Shown here: positions 25,041 through 31,240 of the stretch, one piece after another | Layout of the letters: the number at the start of each line of letters is the position of its first letter | Numbering within the stretch: position 1 is the first letter of the stretch | DNA from: a virus | Lineage: Duplodnaviria; Caudoviricetes | Strand: one strand, 5' to 3' | IMG/VR virus record: IMGVR_UViG_3300036985_004610 | Coordinates: 1-31,240 of that record | DNA length: 31,240 nucleotides | Made by a program: the position numbers and the translations under genes | Notes under the pieces: model-generated | Databases searched by the model: none | The model's input: the letters and a program-made list of their open reading frames with translations, nothing else | Told to the model about the DNA's origin: nothing

Positions 25041-25241
25041 TCAGTCCTCGCCTAGCGCCAGGAAGTCGCTGGCCTTCATGTCAAAGATTGCCGCCATCTT
25101 TTCGATGGTCTGCGCGTTTGCCTTTTCCTTGTTGGCCAGCTTGTTTACCTGCCGCGACGATATGTCGAGCTGCACCGCTAGCCAGCGCTGGGTTTTATCA
25201 GCCTTTACCAGCGCCAGCTTGATGCTCATGCCTATATTCAT
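25041..25241 (-). CDS. XRE/Cro-like helix-turn-helix regulator
   Basis: 66 aa from ATG 25241 (GGGAG RBS at 25254-25250). 'TQRWLAVQLDISSRQVNKLAN ... TIEKMAAIFDM' fits an XRE HTH. Confidence 0.85.
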   Translation of the reverse strand: MNIGMSIKLALVKADKTQRWLAVQLDISSRQVNKLANKEKANAQTIEKMAAIFDMKASDFLALGED

Positions 25242-25269
25242 GCTTACAGCTCCCATTGCTTGAGGTCGC

Positions 25270-25299
25270 ACTATAGCTCCCTCAAATACTAACGGTCAA
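25270..25299 (-). promoter_or_regulatory. Leftward sigma70-like promoter (HTH-replication operon)
   Basis: Minus strand TTGACC (25299-25294), 18-nt spacer, TATAGT (25275-25270). Confidence 0.7.
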
Positions 25300-25300
25300 T

Positions 25301-25317
25301 TAAATAAGTTCTATTTA
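25301..25317. promoter_or_regulatory. 17-bp operator-like inverted repeat between the divergent promoters
   Basis: TAAATA-AGTTC-TATTTA, centred between the two -35 boxes. Confidence 0.5.
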
Positions 25318-25321
25318 TCGC

Positions 25322-25350
25322 TTGACGTCAAAACGCCCACGGCCTAAAGT
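25322..25350 (+). promoter_or_regulatory. Rightward sigma70-like early promoter
   Basis: TTGACG (25322-25327), 17-nt spacer, TAAAGT (25345-25350). The -35 lies within the palindrome TTGACGTCAA. Confidence 0.75.
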
Positions 25351-25356
25351 TAGTCC

Positions 25357-25485
25357 TGTCGCGGCACTTCGCCACGACACAGCCCCGACTAGACACCGGG
25401 GTGCTTGTTGTAAAGGTCTTGAGAGGACCAACGGCTTAGCCTGCTGACATGAGTCACCCGCTAAGCAGCCGGAAACGTAACCGGC
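25357..25485 (+). ncRNA. Multi-hairpin 5' leader of the early transcript (putative regulatory RNA)
   Basis: Five consecutive stems: 25357-25379, 25382-25402, 25415-25429, 25434-25466, 25468-25485. Confidence 0.5.
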
Positions 25486-25509
25486 ACTAATTAAAACGGG
25501 AGCAACACT

Positions 25510-25839
25510 ATGAACACCGAAGCTAAAATCCTGATTTGCGACGGCCTGGCTGCAAGCGACAGCCGCACCGTCGAAGCGTTTAATGAGTACCTGTCTGACG
25601 AACTGTGCCGCATGCCAGTGATCGAGCTGCTGACCGCCATCGAGGAAATGCCGCTGATCGAGTGGAATGCAATGCTCGCCGCGATGAACGCCAGCACCAG
25701 CAAGGCCATGAAAGAGCTTTGCTTTTCGCTTGAGGAAAAGCGCGCCGCTTTCATCGAGCACCAGGCCAAGGCCATGACCCGCGAAGCCGGCGCCATCGCC
25801 GAAGTTCAGGCCGAAATGCTGCTGGAGCAAAACCAATGA
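25510..25839 (+). CDS. Hypothetical early protein
   Basis: 109 aa, GGGAG RBS, first gene after the early promoter, ATGA overlap downstream. Confidence 0.75.
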   Translation: MNTEAKILICDGLAASDSRTVEAFNEYLSDELCRMPVIELLTAIEEMPLIEWNAMLAAMNASTSKAMKELCFSLEEKRAAFIEHQAKAMTREAGAIAEVQAEMLLEQNQ

Positions 25840-26150
25840 CCGCCGCCCCTGTTATGTCGATCACCGACGAGCTGATTACGGAGCTTGAATATACCGCCTC
25901 CCAAAATCACGCGTATGTTCCGGTTAATCCGCCCGCAATGCGCGCCCTGCTCGCTGAGCGCGCCGAACTGGTCAGGGATCGCGAGCGGCTTGATTGGCTG
26001 GTAAAAGAGGAGGCGTTTCTGGCCGAGATATATTGCAGTTCTGGCGGAACGATGTTTGCTCTTTGCTGGCCGAATCTTAGCTCGTGGCAGGCCGATCATT
26101 TCAACTCTCCACGCGAGGCCATCGACGCCGCTTTGCAGGCCGCCCAATGA
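25836..26150 (+). CDS. Hypothetical early protein (Ead/Ea22-like mosaic motifs)
   Basis: 104 aa. 'ALLAERAEL..D.ERLDWL' and 'REAIDAAL' are common phage motifs; ATGA overlaps on both sides. Confidence 0.7.
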   Translation: MTAAPVMSITDELITELEYTASQNHAYVPVNPPAMRALLAERAELVRDRERLDWLVKEEAFLAEIYCSSGGTMFALCWPNLSSWQADHFNSPREAIDAALQAAQ

Positions 26151-26377
26151 GCCGCGCCATCGACATCATCAAGGCGTCAAACGACCAGATATCCAAGGCC
26201 GGCGCACCGGACATCCTGCGCGCACGCTTTGCCGGTGAGATCGACTTCGCCTACAAGTTCGGCCTGATCAGCTTCGCCGAACGCGACCAGATGCTTTCGA
26301 TGCAGGCCACGACCTGCAAGGATCGCCGAGAAACGCTGAAGGCCACCAAGCTGAAGCGGCTGGGGATCTCGCAATGA
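26147..26377 (+). CDS. Hypothetical early protein
   Basis: 76 aa from ATG 26147 (ATGA overlap): MSRAIDIIK...GEIDFAYKFGLIS..ER. Confidence 0.7.
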   Translation: MSRAIDIIKASNDQISKAGAPDILRARFAGEIDFAYKFGLISFAERDQMLSMQATTCKDRRETLKATKLKRLGISQ

Positions 26378-26628
26378 CCGAATTAGAAATAATGCTTCTG
26401 CAGGCGCTCAAGACTGCACGCGATGCACTGGATCTGATTGGCGAGGTGAAAGGTCCAGGGATAAAGTTCACCGCCCGCGAAACCATGCCAAGCGTTTTTA
26501 GCGTCATCGACATGGCCATCAAGGCCACTGAGCCGAAAGAAACGCCTAACCCTGAGTGCTGGTTTTGCGAAGGTACTGGCAAATATCGGGGTTTGCCTTG
26601 TTTAATTTGTACGGAGCCAGGCCAATGA
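26374..26628 (+). CDS. Hypothetical protein with C-terminal DnaJ-type zinc-finger motif
   Basis: 84 aa, CWFCEGTG...CLIC; ATGA overlaps. Confidence 0.65.
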   Translation: MTELEIMLLQALKTARDALDLIGEVKGPGIKFTARETMPSVFSVIDMAIKATEPKETPNPECWFCEGTGKYRGLPCLICTEPGQ

Positions 26629-26744
26629 TCAGCGAGCGCGCCCGCGTTAAGTTTTGGGAAGGTCTGGCCACGTTTGTGGTGCTGGCCATTGTGATGGTCG
26701 GCCTGTACGGGCTGGCCGATTTAGTAACTGCGCGAGGTATGTAA
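26625..26744 (+). CDS. Small single-pass membrane protein (39 aa)
   Basis: MISERARVKFWEGLATFVVLAIVMVGLYGLADLVTARGM; GGAG RBS, ATGA and TAATG overlaps. Confidence 0.65.
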   Translation: MISERARVKFWEGLATFVVLAIVMVGLYGLADLVTARGM

Positions 26745-26953
26745 TGACCGCGCTCACCGCGAAAGACCGCAAGAAAGAGCAGCGCAAGCGCGAGAAAGAG
26801 GCGCTGGCCAAGCACGGCGGCCGGCGCATTGCGTTCATCGTTTACGGCTCAACAGACGAAAAGCTCAAGGCCATTTGCGAAAAGCATGGCTTCACCGGCA
26901 AGCAGAAAACCGGCGAGGCTTTGACCTTTTTAATCGAAAGCAGTGTATTGTGA
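26744..26953 (+). CDS. Small basic DNA-binding protein (ribbon-helix-helix-like)
   Basis: 69 aa from ATG 26744 (GAGG RBS). Basic helix 'AKDRKKEQRKRE' followed by a strand-helix-helix pattern. Confidence 0.6.
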   Translation: MTALTAKDRKKEQRKREKEALAKHGGRRIAFIVYGSTDEKLKAICEKHGFTGKQKTGEALTFLIESSVL

Positions 26954-26983
26954 CTTGTCACATAATCAGGTATTGGTTATTGT
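26949..26983 (+). promoter_or_regulatory. Promoter with overlapping palindromic operator upstream of the recombination genes
   Basis: TGTGAC-TT-GTCACA (26949-26962) overlaps TTGTCA (26955-26960), followed by a 17-nt spacer and TATTGT (26978-26983). Confidence 0.65.
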
Positions 26984-27016
26984 GATGCCTTGCAATCAAT
27001 AACGGGGAAGATCGAA

Positions 27017-27820
27017 ATGAGCGCCGTAAAAATCCGCGCATCAAGCTGGGGAAGGCTGTTTGACTGCGCCTTTTCGTGGGAAGGCACCAACCTGCTAGGC
27101 ATGCACAGCCCAAGCAGTCCACGCGCCTTGCTTGGAACTGCCATACACGCCGGCACAGCAGCGTTTGACACCGCTCGCATGATGCACACTCCAATCAGCG
27201 TTTATGACGCCGCTAGCGTGCTTGTCGACCAGCTCCAGAACCCGCGCGAAGAAGTGCGCTGGGCTGGATGTGACTTGACTGCGCGTGACGCCGAAGCCAT
27301 CGGCATTAAGCTGCTTAATCGCTACTGCCTTGAATGGTCGCCTCGGTTCAACTTCAAGGCCGTCGAGCTGACCACTAAGGCGCTGGTTATCGATTGCGGA
27401 GGCGGTACGATCATCGAGCTAACCGGAACGCTGGACCGTGCGCGCTTTGCTTCCTACGGCAACGGCGCAGGCATCAAAGACTTGAAGTCGGGCATGCGCT
27501 CAGTAACCAAAGGCCAAGCAGTAACCAAAGGCCATGGTGCGCAGATTGGCACCTACGAAATCCTGTACGAACACACGACCGGGGAACCGATCACCGAGGA
27601 CGCCGAGATTATCGCGCTGGCCACGTCAGGCAAGGGCGAGATTGCCACCGGCACAATCAGCGGCGCCAAGGAGATGATGCTAGGCGACGAGCAGCATAAA
27701 GGACTTATCCAAATCGGGGCCGACATGCTGCGCACCGGTTTATTTCCACCAAACCCACAAAGCCGGATATGCGACCAGCGCTATTGCGCTCGCTTTAATT
27801 CCTGCCCATACCACCTGTAA
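27017..27820 (+). CDS. PD-(D/E)XK exonuclease, RecB/Cas4-like, probable Fe-S cluster
   Basis: Likely ATG 27017 (GGGGA RBS). 'GTAIHA', 'VE', 'LTGTLD', 'IKDLKSG', 'Q.GTY'; one N-terminal Cys plus C-terminal C....C.....C. Confidence 0.8.
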   Translation: MSAVKIRASSWGRLFDCAFSWEGTNLLGMHSPSSPRALLGTAIHAGTAAFDTARMMHTPISVYDAASVLVDQLQNPREEVRWAGCDLTARDAEAIGIKLLNRYCLEWSPRFNFKAVELTTKALVIDCGGGTIIELTGTLDRARFASYGNGAGIKDLKSGMRSVTKGQAVTKGHGAQIGTYEILYEHTTGEPITEDAEIIALATSGKGEIATGTISGAKEMMLGDEQHKGLIQIGADMLRTGLFPPNPQSRICDQRYCARFNSCPYHL

Positions 27821-27831
27821 GGAGCAACACC

Positions 27832-28758
27832 ATGACCGAACCAACCACCCTAGCCCAACTGCAACAGGGCGCAGTAGCACCACGCAACGATGCCCCGATG
27901 TCGCTTACCACTGGCGCAGGCTTTGACCAGCTCCAGCGCGTAGCCAAGGCGCTTTGCGCGTCAACTCTGGTGCCGGCACAGTACCGAGCATTTACCGAAG
28001 TTAAGAGCTACGGCAAAGTTACTGGCCGCGTCCCAAACCCTGCCGGCCTGCCAAATTGCGTGGTCGCGCTGAACATGGCCACCCGTATGGGCGCCGACCC
28101 GCTGCTAGTGATGCAAAATCTTTATGTGATCGAAGGCCGCCCGAGCTGGTCAAGCCAGTTCATCATCGCCGCCATCAACCATTGCGGCCGCTTCAGCCCG
28201 CTGCGCTTTGAGATTAGCGAGCCAGGCAAAGAAACCGAAGTCACCTATCAGGCAACCGTCTGGAAGGTCGACAAAAAGACCGAGGAAACCCGCAAGATCA
28301 AGGTGCGCCACCAGACCTGCCGCGCCTGGGTGATCGAGAAGGAAACCGGCGACCGCTTGGACGGCCCGACCGTAAGTATTCAGATGGCCATCGATGAAGG
28401 CTGGCTAACCAAGAACGGCAGCAAGTGGCAGACCATGCCCGACCTGATGCTGCGCTACCGTGCCGCCAGCTTCCTTGGGCGCCTGTATGCGCCAGAGCTG
28501 CTAATGGGCCTGCAGTCGCAGGAAGAAGCGCAGGACGTTATACAGGCCGAGCGCGACGTAACGGGCACCTATGCCGTGGACATGGAGGATCTGCGCAACC
28601 GCGAGCCGGTCAAGCCTGAAGTGGCCGATGAAGAAACCGGCGAAATAATCGATCCGGCGCTTGACGGAGAAGCCGACAGCGATAATACTGCGAACACGAA
28701 CAAAGAAGTTCGCACAGAAGAACCTAACACTGCCGACGACTTCGGCTCGATGGAGTAA
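27832..28758 (+). CDS. ssDNA-annealing recombinase (RecT-like)
   Basis: 308 aa, AGGAG RBS. 'S.LVP..Y', 'NC.VA..MA.R.G.DPL.VMQNLYVI.GRP.W', 'W...P..ML.YRA'; acidic tail; paired with the exonuclease. Confidence 0.75.
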   Translation: MTEPTTLAQLQQGAVAPRNDAPMSLTTGAGFDQLQRVAKALCASTLVPAQYRAFTEVKSYGKVTGRVPNPAGLPNCVVALNMATRMGADPLLVMQNLYVIEGRPSWSSQFIIAAINHCGRFSPLRFEISEPGKETEVTYQATVWKVDKKTEETRKIKVRHQTCRAWVIEKETGDRLDGPTVSIQMAIDEGWLTKNGSKWQTMPDLMLRYRAASFLGRLYAPELLMGLQSQEEAQDVIQAERDVTGTYAVDMEDLRNREPVKPEVADEETGEIIDPALDGEADSDNTANTNKEVRTEEPNTADDFGSME

Positions 28759-28761
28759 AAA

Positions 28762-28968
28762 ATGCAAGCCAAGACCAACGCAATCGAAGCATTCAACGGC
28801 CGCCCTCGGTTTATTGCTGCGCTGGTCATGGCTGAACTTAACGCCCGCACGAGCTGGGAGTGCGAATTTACAAACGACATCCGAGCCAAGTTTGAGAAGT
28901 ACGAAGCCAGCACTGCGCTGACGGCCTTGCAGATCCGGCAAGTCCGCCAGCTCGCCGCCAAGCACTAA
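28762..28968 (+). CDS. Hypothetical protein
   Basis: 68 aa, GGAG RBS. 'WE.EF...I...F.......LT..Q...V..L' is a common small phage domain. Confidence 0.65.
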   Translation: MQAKTNAIEAFNGRPRFIAALVMAELNARTSWECEFTNDIRAKFEKYEASTALTALQIRQVRQLAAKH

Positions 28969-28978
28969 CTGGGATTTT

Positions 28979-29167
28979 ATGGACAACTACAGCGCCGCCC
29001 TTGAGTGGGCAAAGACTGCCGACGAGATAACCGCCCGAGCCATGCGACTTAATGCGCCGGGCATCAACCGCGAAGAAGCTAGCGCCCTGATCCTCAAGCT
29101 GCAGGAAAATGGCATAATTAGCGCGCCTAATGACGAAGGCCGCCGCACACTTTTGCAGTCTGAATAA
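28979..29167 (+). CDS. Stand-alone FtsK gamma-like winged-helix protein
   Basis: 62 aa. 'Y..A..W......IT...M......I....A..LI..L.E.GIIS.P...G.R.LL' follows the FtsK gamma pattern. Confidence 0.65.
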   Translation: MDNYSAALEWAKTADEITARAMRLNAPGINREEASALILKLQENGIISAPNDEGRRTLLQSE

Positions 29168-29190
29168 CACCACCAAAAACGGGGAAACAC

Positions 29191-30900
29191 ATGAAAATTG
29201 TATCAATCGAAATCGACAACATCCTTGGCCTGCAGCGCGCTAGCATTGCCTGCACTGCGCCGATCACCCTTATTGCCGGAGGTAACGAAGCCGGTAAGTC
29301 TTCGCTCTGTGACGCAATCAGCATGGCCCTCACTGGCAAGCCGCGCCGCGTGAACCTGAAGAAAGACTTGGCTCAACTGGTCAACGACACCGCCGGAGCC
29401 AAGAAAGGCCGCGTTACACTGGTTGGTGAAGGCGACGAATTGCTCGGCCAGTTCAAGCTGCCGAAGGGAGAGCACGAACTTGCCGCAAGCCTTGAGCAGT
29501 TGCCAGGCTACGAGTTCCTTCCGCTTGTGCTCGACGCCGAGGCGTTTAGCGCCATGAGCCACGACGACCGCCGCAAGGCACTGTTCCGCCTTGCTGGATG
29601 CAAAGCATCACCCGAGTACATCACCGCCGAGCTAAAGGCTGCAGGCTGTGACACAGAGCTGGCCACGCAGATCATCGCCATTGCACGCAGCGGCTTTAGC
29701 GCTATGAGCGACGAAGCCAAGCAGCGCGCCACCCAAGCAAAAGGCGAATGGAAGGCCACGACCGGCGAAACATGGGGTAGCGACAAGGCAGATGGCTGGG
29801 CGGTTGAAGTGCCAGTCGGCCCGAAGGTTACACAGGAAGAAATCAGCGAAGCCGCCCAGGCCGTCGCCAAGATCCAGGCTGACATCGAAAACGGCATGGC
29901 GCACAAGGGCAAGCTCGAAGAACAGCAGCGCGCCGCAGACGAGGCCGCCGCACGCAACGCAGCAGCAGCCGATAACGCCGGCAACCTGCCGCGCCTGCAA
30001 GCCAAGCTGGCCGCGACCGAGAAGGATCTGGCCGAGTGGACCGCAAAGCTCGCCGATCTGAAAACCAAGCTCGACGCTGACGACACTTACACATGCCCAT
30101 GCTGCAACAATGATCTAAGCCTTGCAGATGGCCGACTGACCAAGGCGACCGCCGGCCTTTCGCTAGCTGAGCGCAAAGACCTGAAAGAGCGGCACACCAC
30201 CGCAGCCAACTCGGTCGCAATGTTTGAGCGCACCCGCTTAAACGACCGCAAGGCCGTTGATGCAGCCAGCAGCGCAGTGGTCGAAGACGTTAAAGGCCCA
30301 GAGGCCGGCGCACTAGACAAGACGCTCGACGCAATCGACAAGCTGCGCACCAGGCTGGCCACCGCACAGGCCAAGCATTCATCTCTGACTGAGCGCTTTG
30401 ACTTGATCAATGGCGCACAGGCCACCAACGAGAAAGCTACCGCTGCGCACAATTCAATTGCATCCTGGCTTGCCATCGCTGAGCAGCTTGCACCGGCCGG
30501 AATTCCTGCAAAGCTACTGAGCAAGGCGCTTACCCCGGTAAACGACGCACTGGCGCAGATGGCCGCCATTTCAGGCTGGGCAACGCCAATGCTCGACAGC
30601 AGCATGACAATCACCTATGGCGGACGCTTGTTCGGCTTGTGCAGTGAGTCTGCCAAATGGCGCTGCAACACCATGCTGACCCTGATGATTGCGCAGCTAA
30701 GCGGGATCAAGTTTGCCGTGCTCGACCGCCTCGACGTGCTGGAATTAAGCGCGCGGCCGCAACTGTGCAAGATGGCAGCTATGCTGGTCGACAACAAGGT
30801 AATCGACAGCCTGATCATGTGCGGCACCATGAAGGAAGCGCCACGGCTGCCGGCGCACTTCCAGAGCTTGTGGATTGCTGGCGGCGTGGTTACTTCGTAA
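29191..30900 (+). CDS. Rad50/SbcC-like (SMC-family) ATPase
   Basis: 569 aa. Walker A GGNEAGKSS, coiled coil with central CPCC zinc hook, degenerate signature 'CSESAKWR', Walker B-like 'FAVLDRLD'. Confidence 0.82.
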   Translation: MKIVSIEIDNILGLQRASIACTAPITLIAGGNEAGKSSLCDAISMALTGKPRRVNLKKDLAQLVNDTAGAKKGRVTLVGEGDELLGQFKLPKGEHELAASLEQLPGYEFLPLVLDAEAFSAMSHDDRRKALFRLAGCKASPEYITAELKAAGCDTELATQIIAIARSGFSAMSDEAKQRATQAKGEWKATTGETWGSDKADGWAVEVPVGPKVTQEEISEAAQAVAKIQADIENGMAHKGKLEEQQRAADEAAARNAAAADNAGNLPRLQAKLAATEKDLAEWTAKLADLKTKLDADDTYTCPCCNNDLSLADGRLTKATAGLSLAERKDLKERHTTAANSVAMFERTRLNDRKAVDAASSAVVEDVKGPEAGALDKTLDAIDKLRTRLATAQAKHSSLTERFDLINGAQATNEKATAAHNSIASWLAIAEQLAPAGIPAKLLSKALTPVNDALAQMAAISGWATPMLDSSMTITYGGRLFGLCSESAKWRCNTMLTLMIAQLSGIKFAVLDRLDVLELSARPQLCKMAAMLVDNKVIDSLIMCGTMKEAPRLPAHFQSLWIAGGVVTS

Positions 30901-31106
30901 TGAGCGCCGACCTCCTGCGCGAACTGGCCGGGCTTGGTATCTCGACGCGGGAGGCGGCCAAGCGTATTGGCCTGACCTTCTGGAGCTTTCGAGAGCTTCG
31001 GGCCTCGCACCCTGAAATCAATTGGCCAATGAGCAACGCCAAGCGCGCCAGCCTTGAAGCTGGCAGACTGCACAAGTGGAATTTACAACGGGGAAAACAA
31101 CCATGA
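30900..31106 (+). CDS. Small HTH-like protein
   Basis: 68 aa from ATG 30900 (TAATG overlap): 'GISTREAAKRIGLT'. Confidence 0.6.
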   Translation: MSADLLRELAGLGISTREAAKRIGLTFWSFRELRASHPEINWPMSNAKRASLEAGRLHKWNLQRGKQP

Positions 31107-31240
31107 CCGACAACCAGGCAAGCCAGGCAATCACCAGCGATTCACTGGCCATCGCAATGGCCGCCTTTGAGGCGCTAAACGGGCCAGTCGAAACAACGCC
31201 AATCTTAGCTGGCGCATGGGCCAAGCATAATTTCATGCTG
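31103..31240 (+). CDS. Hypothetical protein (runs off the window)
   Basis: ATG 31103 with GGGGA RBS and ATGA overlap; open to the end of the window (MTDNQASQAITSDSLAIAMAAFEALNG...). Confidence 0.6.
   Translation, partial: MTDNQASQAITSDSLAIAMAAFEALNGPVETTPILAGAWAKHNFML

Noticed and set aside
25357-25485. tRNA gene in the hairpin-rich leader
   Set aside because: No acceptor stem closing a cloverleaf, and no T-loop (TTCGA) or D-loop consensus.
25315-25836. 173-aa minus-strand ORF as the missing repressor
   Set aside because: No HTH or S24 peptidase motifs; it is antisense to a well-supported gene and runs through the promoter and leader.
27017-27820. Cas4-like gene as evidence of a CRISPR-Cas system
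   Set aside because: No array or other cas genes; the context is a phage exonuclease-annealase pair.
25495-31105. Recurrent AACGGGGAA and GGAGCAACAC motifs before several early genes
   Set aside because: They sit at Shine-Dalgarno positions and are adequately explained as ribosome-binding sites.

Overview
The whole window is phage DNA: a podovirus with an epsilon15/BPP-1-type head and a T7-like tail/ejection module. A Gammaproteobacterial host such as Pseudomonas is only a guess from gene style. The + strand from 1-21734 is the virion operon: scaffold end, major capsid, cement protein, a small protein paired with a 682-aa SGNH esterase, tail tubular A and B, a gp13-like GNAT, an antisense HNH-AP2 endonuclease, a gp14-like protein, a lytic-transglycosylase ejection protein, a 2762-aa polyvalent ejection protein and a beta-helix tailspike. 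A bidirectional terminator (~21740-21770) separates this from a - strand block (21775-25241: hypothetical, DUF551, DUF6475, replication initiator, XRE-HTH). Back-to-back sigma70-like promoters at 25270-25350 lead into a + strand early block: small genes, Cas4/RecB-like exonuclease, RecT-like annealase, stand-alone FtsK-gamma, Rad50/SbcC-like ATPase. No integrase, CI repressor, lysis genes, tRNA, CRISPR or reverse transcriptase were seen. Top leads: (1) peptidase, GNAT and ADP-ribosyltransferase cassettes inside the giant ejection protein, each bounded by an L-[E/N]-Q motif; (2) an HNH domain inserted in frame in the initiator between 21-bp palindromic direct repeats; (3) an apparent ACG start codon for the gp14-like gene; (4) a promoter plus three-way-junction RNA leader on the HNH gene; (5) a five-hairpin leader where a repressor gene would be expected. 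All family assignments are from motif recognition by eye, not database searches.
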